A stretch of DNA of 64,000 bases from the human T2T-CHM13v2.0 reference genome, Homo sapiens: the NCBI RefSeq assembly GCF_009914755.1, contig NC_060927.1, one strand, 5' to 3'. Positions 42,080 to 56,384 of this stretch are shown here, piece by piece; positions within the stretch are counted from its first letter, which is position 1; the number at the start of each line of letters is the position of its first letter. A model generated the notes under the pieces. The model did not search any database. It was not told where the DNA came from and saw nothing but the letters and a program-made list of their open reading frames with translations. The position numbers and the translations under genes are program-made.

Positions 42080-43850
42080 ATTCTTCAATCAAAGCCTCAT
42101 AAGAACTGGCTTATCTGCCAGGATTCCTTGTGAATAGGCCAATTCCCAAGGCAGGAAAAGTACAAGAAGAGCCTAGAACATTTCATCACAGCAGAGCACA
42201 GGGAGGGAAGCTCTCGAGGACTACTGGGATTCAGGACCCAGCTTGAAGAAGATCCCATTGGCCAAAGATGAGACAATATGAGTACCAAAAAGTACAAGAA
42301 CTACATCCTGAAGGATGCTAGGAAACACCAAGTCATTAGTCTGAAAAATTTTTAATCAGTGCTTGACTCTTTTCTCTTTATTCTGCCTTTCCTATAAAAA
42401 CTATACCCCAGAGTACCCAAATACATGAAAAGGGAAAGTACTTTGTAGAAAAATCTAATAAATGCAGAAGGAACAATAGAATTAGAATATTACAATTTTG
42501 CAACTCCTAATTAAATAATAAATTTAGAAATCAAGCATCAATGACTGCTGAAGTCATTAGGTAAAAAACTGATGAGGAATCTCACAATGCATAGATTAGA
42601 CTGGCAATATCGAAACTCACAGATCAATCCTAACATCACAAAATGACACAACCAGACATTACATCCTCCTGTTGTGACACTGGAGGAAGTACACAACACC
42701 ATAAATGAAAATTCTTGCCCAAAAATAAGATTCTGTTCAAGTCTCCAGAAATGCAGAGAAATCCCAGTGTGATGGTTAATACTGAGTGTCAACTTGATTG
42801 GATTGAAGGATGTGAAGTATTGTTCCTGGGTGTGTCTGTGAGGGTGTTGCCAAAGGAAATTAACATTTGAGTCAGTGGACTGGGAGGGGCAGATCTACCC
42901 TCCATGTGGGTGGGCACCATCTAATCAACTGCTAGCGAGGCTAAAATAAAGCAGGCAGAAGAAGGGAGAAGCCAACTTGCTGAGTCTTCTGGCCTTCATC
43001 TTTCTCCTGGGCTTCCTGACCCTGAACATCAGACTCCAAGTTCTTCAGCTTCTGGACTCTTGGACCTACACCAGTGGTTTGCCAGGGGCTCTCGGGCCTT
43101 TGGCCACAGACTGAAGGCTGCCCTGTTGGCTTCCCTACTTTTGAGGTTTTGGGACCCGGGCTGGCTTCCTCGTTCCTCAGCTTGCAGGCGGCCTATTGTG
43201 GACTTCATCTTGGGATAGTGTGAGTCAATACTCCTTAATAAACTCCCCTTCATATATACATCTATCCTGTTCGTTCTGTCCCTCTAGAGAACCCTGACTA
43301 ATACAACCAGTTTATGAGAAAATAGAGGTCAGGAGGACATATTAAGTTATACTACCAGGATGCAATTGGAAAAATCCATAATGCAAGGAATTCTATTGGA
43401 CAAATAATCTGGCTTGTTCCACAAATAAATATCAAGGAACACATAAAGAAAGGGAGAGGGAACCTACATATTAAAAGAGATCATTCAAATGCAATGTGGA
43501 CCTTGTTTAGACACTGATCTGATCAACTGGTTTTAAAAATAAAAAAGTACTTAACACTGACTAGACATTTGATGACATTAAGGAGATATTGTTAATTTTA
43601 TTCTAGGTATGATAATGGTATTCTGATTCCTTTTTTAAAATTGCTTATATTTTAAGAATACATACTGAAGCAGTTACACATGAAATGCTATGACATCTGT
43701 GACACATTTCTAAATCCAGTGGGGTAAGAAAAAAACTGAGGGAAAGAAGAGAGGCCATGAGTTGAGAACTGTAGACGTGAGGGTTCAGTGCACCACTTTC
43801 TCTCCTTTTGTGTCTGTTTGAAAATTTGCTTAATAAAAATCTTTTAACAC
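42080..43850 (+). mobile_element. Old L1M (L1MC/ME-like) fragments, split by an MLT2A LTR
   Basis: L1M 3'UTR-like motifs (cagatcaatcctaacatcac...accagacattacatcctcctg; gatgacattaaggagatattgttaatttt...gataatggtatt). Boundaries approximate. Confidence 0.55.
42768..43305 (+). mobile_element. MLT2A (HERV-L) solo LTR, full length
   Basis: tgtgatggttaatactgagtgtcaacttgattggattgaagg...ctctagagaaccctgactaataca; TG..CA ends; TSD cccag/accag; internal AATAAA at about 43237. Confidence 0.92.
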
Positions 43851-43946
43851 AATGAACTGGCTCAAATCTGATCGAATTCAACATAGTCCTTATTGACAGA
43901 ACAGACTAGGGAGGTAGCCTGCTAGGCAGGTGAAGCCAGGACTTAC

Positions 43947-44051
43947 CGTTCTGCGTTCACCTCATTGCCTTTGTCTCTAGTGTGGAAGACCATTGTATAT
44001 TTACCCACTTCAGGCAGGGGCCGGGAAATTTTCATTCTTTGGAGCTCAACC
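43947..44051 (-). CDS. B4GALT4: Beta-1,4-galactosyltransferase 4, coding exon 5 (aa 266-301)
   Basis: ttctAG|G GTT GAG; VELQRMKISRPLPEVGKYTMVFHTRDKGNEVNAE; donor ACG|GTAAGT; 105 nt. Confidence 0.97.
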
Positions 44052-44136
44052 CTAGAAAAATAATAGAGATTTTTTTAAAGTCCATCCTATTTATCTACCA
44101 CTAGGCAAATAAAAAGCATCATTTGCGAAAATTTAT

Positions 44137-44171
44137 ACACACACACACACATACACACACACACACACACA
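44137..44171 (+). repeat. (CA)n microsatellite
   Basis: About 17 units with one TA interruption. Confidence 0.95.
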
Positions 44172-44459
44172 GTGTCACAAACAGCTTGATTATTGGAGTA
44201 TTAAAAAAAGAAAAACTTCTAAAATTTCCAATTTCTTATAATGGTGGAACTTCAGGCGATAAGCCCAAAAAAGAATGAGATTCAGCATTTATTACTGGGG
44301 TACAAAGGAGATGTGTTAGTTTATACTTAGTCATTTTCAAAAAGAAAAAAAAATGATAAAGTACTTATTTCAAAACATCCTGAAGAATAGGAGAATCAAG
44401 TCTGTTAGGATCCCCAATTTACTTAGAGTTGCCTTCTTTTAACAAAGAAAGGAATGGCC

Positions 44460-44660
44460 ATTTATGGTCACAAGTTTTAAAGCTACAATTCTAGGTTCAA
44501 ATCTGGACTCTGTTATTTACAACCTCAGTAAGTCAGTTCACAGTTCCAGGTCTCAGTTCCCTCATCTGTAAAATGGCAATGGTGATAGGGAGTTGATTTC
44601 AAATATTCAAATGATATAATCTGCATGGAACATGCTTGTACTCTGCAATGTATTATATGT
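44460..44660 (+). mobile_element. MIR
   Basis: ggttcaaatctggactctg...ctcagttccctcatctgtaaaatgg. Confidence 0.7.
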
Positions 44661-45257
44661 ATTATATAAGTACAAAGAAGGGTAGTGCCTGTTGCACAGG
44701 CGAATAAATAAGCAGTAAATCTCAACCAACTTTCATATTCAAATCATCTTAGTTTATCTACCACATTAGTCAAAAACCATTCTGAAGGCCATGATGGTCT
44801 TTTCAAATGAAAGCAAAATTGGAGGCTCCCCTCTACTTTGAAGCTGAAGCATAGCAGGAAAGAAGACACTGAAGATATGTGATCAGGGCAAAATTCTACT
44901 AATCACCCCAGTGAAGTACATTTGGGGAAGATAATGGGGATTGTTTATCACTAGCCTTTGCTACTCTTGTCCTGAAATGTAGCACGTACCCTCTGTCCAG
45001 TTCCTAAGCCATGACCACATAGGCTGCTGATGGGCTGGGCTGTGAAGAGCTGTTGCCCATCACTACGGCCATTTCTGTAGAGCCCCTGGTCAGGGGAATC
45101 CACTCCCTCCTGCTAGAAACATTCCAGAGGCTCTCAGCCTAGACATGGGAACAAGAGCAGCATGGAGCCCCTGGGTTCTTTATGATGAGGCAACAAAAAA
45201 ATTTCTGACAGTCACGTAACTAATAATTCAGAGCCCCAGGTTAGAAATTTCCTTTCC

Positions 45258-45639
<382 letters not shown>

Positions 45640-46346
45640 CTAAAGATACCAGCCTAAGCTCTTGAATAATTACTTATTTCTGGGAGGCAGGGATAACTAT
45701 AACTATCTGGCCCCCAAATCCAAGTTGAGGGGAAGAAGCTGTGGGTGGAGGCCAGACTTATTCCCTTTGAGCCCCTCAGAGCAGAAAGCAGTCCAAGAGA
45801 ACCCAGGGTAATGTCAACAGCCCAGAGTCAGGCCTGGGGTCAGGCCACCTGCAGTCTCCACAGTGTGCAGGGCTGCCAGGGCTGCCTAACGCTTGAGGAG
45901 AGGACCTCTTTGCCTGCTTCAACATGTGCAGCTCCCCAGAGGCTGCTGGCACTCCCTGCAGGGGGACACTGGGAACTGTGTCCCCAAGGGGTCTGACAGA
46001 AAGCATGAGGCTCTTAACAACCCGGTCTCCAAATTGCAGTTCAGCAGACACCTTGCAGTTTGGGGTTTCTCACTCACTGGTGTCTCAGTAAGTCTTTCCC
46101 GACAAGTACATGAGGCCTCCACCAACACTTCTGGACCCCAAATGCCCCCAGGCCAGAAGTAAACTGCTACTGGCACAGAATGATGTGGGCCATCCTACCT
46201 TCCCTCCACCCCCTGCACCCTTCAAGCCCAAATCTGCAGCCTAGTGACCTGCTGGACTGGCATCTAAAGGAATAAATATAAATGCAGGTCTCCAGAGCCA
46301 CACTGAGTGCAGAGCCCCGTGAAGGGGACCTTTCTCTGTTGTTCAC

Positions 46347-46469
46347 CTGAGTCTGAGGTCATCGTCTTCGCCTCCCCATCCCCAGTAGTTGTTAGAGAAT
46401 CCATTCACCTTGAAAAACTGCTCTCTGCTTAGGGCAGTAACACCCCCAAAATATCCACTGTAACGTAAC
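46347..46469 (-). CDS. B4GALT4: Beta-1,4-galactosyltransferase 4, coding exon 4 (aa 225-266, WGWGGEDDD motif)
   Basis: ctccAG|G TTA CGT; LRYSGYFGGVTALSREQFFKVNGFSNNYWGWGGEDDDLRL (GT7 family motif); donor CAG|GTGAAC; 123 nt. Confidence 0.98.
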
Positions 46470-48418
46470 CTGGAGCAAAAGAGATGAGAGAAATGGTAAG
46501 AATATTCGCACCAAAGGTCTCTGATTTCAGGGCTGGCGTTCTAGGAACACCTGGGAGACCATGTACTTCCACCCACCCACTCCTGCTTCTCCTGCTTGAC
46601 ACCCACCTCCCAATGCTCCTGGCCTTCCCTGTCTTGTCTTCTTTCCTCTATCTAGACAAACGCTCACCTCTGCTCACTGAGCAAAGTGCCACCCAGCTGT
46701 TAATGGTGATGTTTGTGTGTAGAGGCCTATAGAGATACCTGTCAATGTGAACCACACCATCAGATATTGATAAGATTTCATCTCATGTGCCAATCCAAGG
46801 AATGGTAACAGTTGCCAAGGGCACTGGGTTAAGAAGGATTCTGAGGCTGCATCCGGGTTCAGCACGAATGCGTGTCATGATGAATATACCTTTCTTTTTT
46901 TTCACTTTCACTTTTGCAGGGGAGGGTTGAAGGCAGGAGACAGCTCCCGCACACACTCTGTATGCAAACCTCCACTTCTCAACATGCATCTCCAGCTCAG
47001 AGTCTGTTTCCTGGATAACCCAACACATGTCAACACCCTCTGAAGTTTCTGGCCTGCCAACCAGACAGAGTCTAGGTAGTGCTTTTCATGAAAATAGGCT
47101 GTACAGAACAAGAATTAGGTTTTGAAAGGAAGGACAGTGAATCATGCTTTAGATAAGCTGAATTTTAGATACACCTGGGGCTTTGCCAGTAGGCAAAAGG
47201 ATACAGGGTCCAAGCTCACAAGAGAGGAACGACTACAGATATGGCTTTGGAAATAAGCTGTTATCATGTAGTACCTGAAGGCATAGGTCGAGAAATCTCC
47301 AACAATCTAGTTGGTGAGAAGAGTACAAAGGGTAGACCCAAGGGGCTCAGCTCTGTGGAACCCTAGGAATACCGAAAAGAAAAAGAGGCAAGAGGAGAAA
47401 GATCAGGAGGTAAAAGTTAGAGAGCACCTCCCAGCCTCCCAGTTATATAGGACTCTTATTATCAGTGGACAAATTTGTAAATCTCAGAAATAAAGGTATC
47501 CCTTAAATATAACATTTGAACAATTCAGAAATGCAAGTTAAGGTAGCTTAAAAACTTGGATGTTACTAAATAAAAAGATGTGAATATCTAGAGAATTTTT
47601 AACTTTAACTTCAGGTCAAACTGTTCCAGGACCGATAAAATATTTATGATTTTCTAGATAAAAAGAAAAACCAAAAGGAGTGATCAATAAACATGTAGAC
47701 ACTGGCCATCAAACAAGTGGCATCCCAAAAGCTAATCTGTAGTTCAGTTGTTTCTTTCTACGTTCTGAGAAAAGACTGGGGACTCTGTTTAACCCATAAG
47801 AGAAGCAGATTTACTTATATGCCCCTAACTTAAAATTCTGGGAAATTGTATTTTTGCAGCCTATAATAAAACAAAAAAAAGGAAATAAAGTGCTTAGAAG
47901 GTAAATATCACTGACCAAGACATCTACTAGCAGTGTCTCATTACCATAGTTATCAGAATGCATTTTATAGAGGGGAGGGATTCTTAGCTGCCTGAACACC
48001 AGCTGCCTGATCAGGATGCGGTAATAAGGCAGGCATAACCTGCTGACACCAACAAGCAATCAGCATGAGAACAAGGGAATGATGTGGTAGATTATCAAAA
48101 CCAATATCGCCATGTGCAAGACGGCTGGCTAAACACGGGAATGCGGGAGCCCCGCCCTCAGAGTTTATAACCTAATAAGAGAGGTGAACATTATCAGGGT
48201 TCTGAGGAGAGAGGTGTCGCCACATCAGGAGGAGGGGGCCTGGAAGGATTCAAATAGGCAGAAAAATGGGGGATCTCCTGGTGACCACAACTCTGTGAGG
48301 CAAAGCACAGGAGGGAGAAAGACACAGGCTGCCCGACGACCACCTGGAGAGGGGTGAGCTGGAGTGGGGAGGGGCAGAAGAAGACAAGTCAGCAAGAAGG
48401 GTTAAAGAATTGTCTCTC

Positions 48419-48708
<290 letters not shown>

Positions 48709-51700
48709 TCAGGTGCCTGTCAGATGACAACTATCTCTGTGTTTATTGATCTTTGCTTTTGGCTTTTCTTCTTACCTGTAAAAGCATAAATATTTAACTG
48801 GCCCTGGAACCTTTTTATTTATTTTTAAAGCCCTGTAAGGCCCAAGGGTGGGGAAAACGTAGTCATAAAATAACAATAGAATCCTTGTAGGAAGGAGGCT
48901 GGTACCAAAGGAGTTCTTGCCAGTAAAATTTGCCACTGGCTGGTCCAGAGCTTCATCACTGATCCCATAGGCAGTGAGAAACAAGATTTGTTTCTGGCTT
49001 CATCAGAGTCTGAGAGACTTGGGGCAACTTACTTTAACTTCTTCCCTCTGCATGTGTGTAAGGTGAAAACCTTTCTTGCGCTTGTACTTGTGGGGCTGGT
49101 GTGACAGTGATGAGGCATGTACTGACTTAAGCTCTGTGGCACTGGGGCACACAGTTGCCAGCATGGGGCAGACACTCAGCTGCCTGGAAATGAACTTGCC
49201 TGCCACAGGGACTTTGCCCAAAGCAGCAAAATCAAGTAGTCCAGGAGGAAGGCAACTCCTACCTACATTACTTATACATACCTCTCTCCAGCCACAAAAG
49301 ATGAGGCTGCTTACATGATACATACAAAAAAGAGAAAATCATAAATGATAAACCAGGACCCTAGAAACATTTAAATCAGAATAGAAAATTAAGATGGGAA
49401 ATACATTAGAACCCTGATCTGCAAATAAGATTCTTTTCAATTTCTAAAAGAGGGCCATGGATTTGGCTCAGAGCCTCTCGATCAAAAGGGGAAACACATT
49501 CAATTACCTGAATCATATTAAGAAAACCTGTCAGTTACTCAACAAAGGCTTTCTGATACCTAGTTATAAAAGAAACATCTGGCCAGTTAGAATGGCAAGT
49601 TAGAAACAGCAAGAGTCATACATATGCTGTTTCTCAGAGTGAGCGGCATCTGATGAAATCCATGACTGTGACACCAAAGCATGAGTGAAAATCAGTTCCT
49701 GGCAGGAATGTCCAAGAGCTCAGCCTTCTTATGGTTCAGCTTAATAGAAAGATAAAATCTAGAATCCCAGCAAAAAACCTGTCCTTAAGCAATCCTCTGT
49801 GATTGCTTAGAAATGAATGGTGCAACCAGGTGTTTAAAAAAATCTGGGCAATGGGAAGTTTAAGATTATCATCTATGGTAAGTGTCTAAGGTACAGGTGT
49901 TCTGTGTTGTAAATAGTGACATCTTACTACAGAGTAAGTGAACAGATAGTGACATGCTTTTGAAAAAACCAAGTTGCCCAGCCATGATACACTGCTTTCC
50001 TCAATGCAGAAGTGACTCAAAGAAACCAGAAAACAAAACCCCTAGATAATAAGATTAGATCCAAAGATCAAGTTTCCCCAAAGAAAAAAATCATGGGATT
50101 CTCTCCTTGCCCTCTGGCGGGGCACAGCCCCGCCCTAACTCAGACATGTGGCGTCTCTCCCCTCAGCTTTCCCCTCTTCCCTTGCTTCATCTGATACATT
50201 CAAAATCAGCTGAACCAAGCTTTCTCCCATCCTTCCCCAGCTGTAACGTGTCAACAGCTCCCCAACCCCTGCCACAGCAACTTCGAACTCCGTATCAGAC
50301 TAAAGAAGGCCTGCGTAATCTGGCTCCTGCTTAGCCTCAGTTCTTGCCTCTCCTCGCAGACATTCCTTCTAGAATACCAGTGAACTATTGCATTTTCCCC
50401 AAAACTGCGCTGTGCTCTCTGGCATGTCTTGGAACTCTGCTGAGAAGCTCTTGTTGTTCCACAAGATTAAGGTACCACCTTACCTGGGGAACAGCTTTAA
50501 ACCCTTCCCTTCAAGGTGTTTCTTAAAGACACTGTGCTCTCACCCACCATAGTTTGTTCTAGGTGTTTATGTCCTGCAGCTTACACACAGCCTGGGTTTA
50601 AAGTCAGTACCTGAGGCAACAGTCACCTACATCAATGTTACTTAAGAATTCTCTTAAATTGCCCAAAGTGAGAGAGCAACACAGAAGCCCAGAACAAATG
50701 AGGTATCAAGAGACTCACTTTCCACTTCACACTCACGTAGAGTACATACTGGTGGAATCTCCAGCATTATTTGATAGTTTCACAGTTCTTTCTCTCCTGC
50801 CTTCTTCTTCCTCTCTTCATTTGTCCCTCTCTCCCCTCCTTACCAAGTGCTTATAGTTGTATTTGCAGAAATGCAAAATTAACGCAACTCCACTGTAGCT
50901 ACCTGTCTCCCCACACTGACACTCAACGGGGAGCCCTGTGAGGGCAGGTGCTCTGCCTTATTCAAACTGGTCTTATGGCCTCCAGCACAGTCAGCACCAC
51001 AGATATGAGCACCCATGAACAGCAGGGCCTGGGGAAAGCTGACAGGTAAGTGTGCACACAAATGAGGGAATATAGTGTTTCATTTGCAGAGAAACATTCT
51101 GTGTCACTATTCCCGCTTGGTTGTGCTTGAATAGGAGCTGGTGAATCAAATAAGGCTGAAAAGCAGCTACACCCTTCTTAAGGGTGGAGGGGATGGGGAA
51201 TGAAGACACAGATGATGGCATCTGGCACTTCTCACAGTGGCTTTGAGAGAAATGAACTTGTCCTGGGTGTCCTGGCTCCCGAGAAGACTACTCAGAGGAC
51301 ATGCCCTCCCCCACCTCTCCCCATACTCTAGAAAGAGGCCACAGTCTGGAAAGTGATGTCTCAACAGAGGTCTCACTAAGGACACCAGCCTGTTGCTCCT
51401 AGAGGGGGAGTCAGGAATAGACAAACAAGTTACTTGCATTCTAGTCAGTGTGGGAAAGCTTGCGAAAGCCCCCCGACAGGGGCGCTGCGGGTGAGACTGG
51501 CCACCACCTGCAATGCTTGGATGATATTTCTCTCCAATGCTTTCCCTTGTCTTTGTGATCCTCTGCTGAAGTTGTAGGGCTTTTTCCTCATTACATTCTC
51601 TAACTTCTGTTTTGCACTTTAAGTGATGCATACATTATGGACCATTTTTTCTATTTCTCATTTTCTTATGACACTCTGGATGCTTGTTCCACCCAGTCTT

Positions 51701-51754
51701 GATCACAATAGTTGAGCTTCTCGACCTAAGCCACCCTCAGCAGAACCACCTTAC

Positions 51755-51942
51755 CTGTACCCAGTGCTGTTCCTGCCAACCACCAGATGCTTGGGATGCT
51801 CCTCACACTTGTAAAGGTTAAAGTCATTCTCGGGTACCAGGTCCACATCGTGGAATATAAAGCAGTCCCAATTTTCTTCCTTGAGGGCTTCTAGATAGCC
51901 CACATTCAAGAGTTTGGCTCGATTAAACTTTTTACCTTCAGC
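51755..51942 (-). CDS. B4GALT4: Beta-1,4-galactosyltransferase 4, coding exon 3 (aa 163-225, FNRA and DVD motifs)
   Basis: ctctAG|GCT; AEGKKFNRAKLLNVGYLEALKEENWDCFIFHDVDLVPENDFNLYKCEEHPKHLVVGRNSTGY; donor CAG|GTAAGG; 188 nt. Confidence 0.98.
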
Positions 51943-52179
51943 CTAGAGATATGAAAATTAAAACTTGAAAAGCTCCTGAGATAAAGTTTCATATTGTTTG
52001 CCTCTTAGTTAGGATTCAGGAGATGGTATTATTCTAATTATTCTACGCACGAGACTACACTTGTGACATAAAGATCTGACAGAGAAGATGCAATGACAAT
52101 AAAAGACCATTTGATTTTTTTCTTCGTGCTTCACACATACTTATATTCCAGAACTTAGAAACAGTCCTTGAAATCCAAA

Positions 52180-52540
52180 GAGTTGTTGTTTAATGATAGA
52201 GAGTTCCAGTTTTGCAAGATTAAGTTCTGGAGATTGATTTCATAAATACACTGCATATATTTATGCAACCAATATATTGCATAATTATGCATAGATACAT
52301 TGCATGTAAATATTCTTAACATTACTAAACTGCACACTCAATAATAGTTAAGATAGCAAAAATTTTAAAAAGTTAAAAAAAGTTAAGATGGTAAATTTTA
52401 CGTCGTGTGTTTCACAATTAAAAATTTTTTAAAAGCAGCTTTAAAATACAAATAACTCAAATAATCAATAATAATGTACACTTAAAATGTATTGAGTATA
52501 GCTCTCATGTTAAATATTCTTACCACAGTTAACAAAAAAA
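52180..52540 (+). mobile_element. L1M 3'-end fragments
   Basis: gagttccagttttgcaagat...gttctggagatt...actaaactgcacactc..agttaagatggtaaatttt. Confidence 0.6.
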
Positions 52541-52986
52541 AATTTTCTCTTAAAATTTTACAAATACCTTTACGTATTCTGTATAAAACTACAAAACCTT
52601 TCTTATATACTAGTCATGTCAATTAGTATTACTGCTTCACAGTTCAACCCTAGGTAATCCCAATCTTACCCTCTGTTATGAATTTACACTAAGCTTCTAA
52701 GAGACTTAGTTAATAGCTTGCCAGAAAGGATCAAGAAATCTCAACCTATAGAAAGAGAAGGTTATTGCTAATATTTCTAAGCTACTTTAAAGTTTCTCAG
52801 AAATCCCTGTAAGAGAATCCTGTTATAATGCTACTGGTGGAGGCTAATCCTCACAGTGGCCTTATGGAGGTAGATTCGTCACTGGGCAATAAAAGAACAC
52901 AGTTTGACCTGTAATATGATTGAAGCTGTAATAAAAAAATTAAATAATTTTTTCATGGCTGCTTCATTCAAATTCCTTCAGAATGA

Positions 52987-53411
<425 letters not shown>

Positions 53412-54504
53412 AAAGCAAACATGTTTTTCTATTCATAAAAATAGTACTATACCTTGTAGGTTACTGTCCTGAGCAAGAACTCAGAATCAAATAAATCATA
53501 ACTATGACCAACAACCTTAAAAACAAAAATAGCTATAAAACAATATAATAGTAACATTTTGTTCCAAGTACTAAAATACAGACATAGGTGTGCTATATAA
53601 GCACACTGATTTTCAAGAGCCTCAGTTTATCACCAAGTCTATACTGCAGAGCTGGTCCTCTGAGTTGTCCAAAGTTTTATCTAAAAGAAATATTACCTGT
53701 TCTAACAGTAGTGATGATTTTGCTGACATTCTTAGAATTTATAAGAATTTGAGGGGGAATTATCCCTCTTCTTGGCCTCCTTGGATGGCCAAGGATAACT
53801 GTGAAAAGTTTAGACACTGATGTTTAAACTGATGTCTTAGTTTTCTTTCAATAAACTTTAATGCCAAATAGAGGTATCTTTAATCATCCACTCCACTGAC
53901 CTCAGAGGTAAGCTCTTCAAAAGCAGCCGATAGTTATGCTGTGCTCCTACCAAATCATGCTTCTGGAAGTCAAATAGATGAATCCAGAAAGTGAAAATCA
54001 AACATAACATGTTTCACATAATAAATAGTGGCAAAGTTCAGGGCAGAAATGTGGTGGCAGCCATAGAGCACCACAGCTACTAATACAGAATGTTCTTTCA
54101 AATCCTCTGTCTAGATCCCCATTGAGTTGCTATGGTTGATAATGACAGACAATTCCAGAATCTCATCATATAGTGCATGGCACGCACAGAAAGAAACAGA
54201 AGGGGCCAGGAAGCCTCCGGGGAAATCTGAGGGCAGTCATTGGCTAACATGGAAGGGCTCACAAAACAGGCTTCCTCCAGAGGTTCCTTTAAGGGCAGTA
54301 AAATTTCCCAGAACTTGAACCCATAACTCCACACTCTGAGACAAGAATTTCCTCTACTCCTTTCAAGGATAAATGAGGTAAGAGAACTCGTTTTTGATGA
54401 TAGTCTGATGTTCCTTTTACCCAACATAGACAAACAGTCACATGGCCAAGTCTGGCAGAGAAGAGGAGGGTCGAGGGCAGGCCCTGGTCTGCCCCCACGC
54501 TCAC

Positions 54505-54737
54505 CTGGTGGATGACGTAGATGCCATAATCCAGCTGCTGCCTCTGCAGGAAGGGATGCAGATGTTCCAGCAGGTACATCAGGTGTTTCTCTCTGTTCCG
54601 GTGGGGAACGAGGATGGCGACCCTCTGTAAAGCTTTACATTCCTGAGGGCGATACCGGCCTCTGGACACTTTGGGATTTTCTGCCTGTACCTCTTCCAAA
54701 GTGAGATCTGGTTTGAAAATGAGCTTGCTCTGGCCTC
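54505..54737 (-). CDS. B4GALT4: Beta-1,4-galactosyltransferase 4, coding exon 2 (aa 85-162)
   Basis: ttgtAG|GA GGC; GQSKLIFKPDLTLEEVQAENPKVSRGRYRPQECKALQRVAILVPHRNREKHLMYLLEHLHPFLQRQQLDYGIYVIHQ; donor CAG|GTGAGC; 233 nt. Confidence 0.98.
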
Positions 54738-56384
54738 CTACAATGAACATAGGACACAGACAATAACAGTAGCTACTTCAAAAAGTGTTGAGGTTTACAC
54801 GAGCTAATATGCATAGAAAGAACACTGCCCAGCTCACAGTGAGTACTACAAATGTCAGCTTTTATTATGATTACTTTAAAGGCTCATTTAGTCATGATAA
54901 TGGCCAGAGCATCATGTCACTAAGGTTACTGGCTGCAAAAGCAAGTGGTGGATATATAATATAAGCATTTCCTTGTGGCTGGGTAATCAACTTGCTCTAT
55001 GATCCATCTGTAAGAGGGAATATCCTGGTGAACTCTGGTAAGAGCAAAGGGCAGGGCTAGACAGAGTAACTTCAACTTTGGTCTATCCTCTTTTCCTTCA
55101 CCAAATTCCAGGAGGAGGGGAAAATCTCTTAAATATCAACAGCATTCCACAGAATCAAGCTCCTGGACAAGGCACTCTTCCCACCCCTTCCCTAAACTCT
55201 GGAACCACCCTGGCTCCCTGTAAGCAAAGCACTAAAAAGAAGTAGAAACCAGTCTCCCTCCCTAACCCAGCTGTAACAGGTATGTGTGGCACTGCAACAA
55301 CTCTCCCATTTTGCCACCACAACAGACGTTTCCAATCGAGCACAGTATTTGCTCAGTGTCTGGAAGCAATCCAAACAGATGAAACCCAAAGCCATCCACA
55401 GGAGGAAAACAGCTCAGGTTTTTTTGTTTGTTTGTTTCTAAATTCCACGTATACTGGTCAGGCTGTAAAATCTCAAGATGCTTGCAAATTGAGCTATCCC
55501 CTTCTGAGTAAAGCAGTCATAGGCCCTTCCTGTGCGAAAGTCGCCATGACTTGTTCCATGTAACCATCCCCTACCCTGGCCATGGCTGCTTAGACCAGGC
55601 TCACGTGTCTAATGGCACCTTGGTGCTCTGCTCAACAGCAGGCAAGGTAAGTAACTTCTTCAAGCCACCCAAAGAGAATAATTGGCCTACGAGAGCCTTC
55701 CTGCAGGGTCTACATGCAAGACACAGCAGTCAGTAATGCCCTAAAAACAAACAGTAAGGAATGGAGTTACACAGATGACAACTACTAGAGCTGATGCTGG
55801 GCTATCGAGCTACCAGAGATAATGGGGTAGCTGTTGAGATGGTCTCCTGTGTGGCCTGTTCACAATCCCCATCGTTAACCTGACTGTGTCTCTGTTCTTG
55901 CGCGCTCAAAGAGCCTCACGCAACAGGTCTAATATAAACTAGTCCCCCGGCTCACCTTCTCATCGTCATAACTTTTTACGTGCCCTAACCTAGTATATGC
56001 TTCCACTTACTCTCTATCAGTCTCCCTATCACTCCCCCTACCCCAACATCTTCTCAAGATCTGCCCCTCCTTGGGTCACTAATGGCCCATTTTAAGTCAT
56101 CACCAACCACATCACCTTTAGTCCAGTACTTGCCCAGTAATGCATCACTGTCCCTCTATTCTTTATGAATGAATTTACTGTTTAAATATACTGTGAGCAT
56201 TTTAAGCAAGGGGAATAATCAGCCAGTAAAATTTGCATTTCCCTGACTCATTTTTACATCGCAGCTTGTATAATCTGTGAAGGAATACACAATCAGGAAT
56301 AACACTTTGACTCTTCCATGACTAAAGAGAAGCAGCATGCCAATATGAATACAATACAGGACTGTGACTCAACTAGGAAAGGGG

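Noticed and set aside
45955-45970. CTCF-like cctgcagggggacac, and cccgacaggggcgc at about 51472-51485
   Set aside because: Each misses key core positions or spacing; much weaker than the 50107-50120 site.
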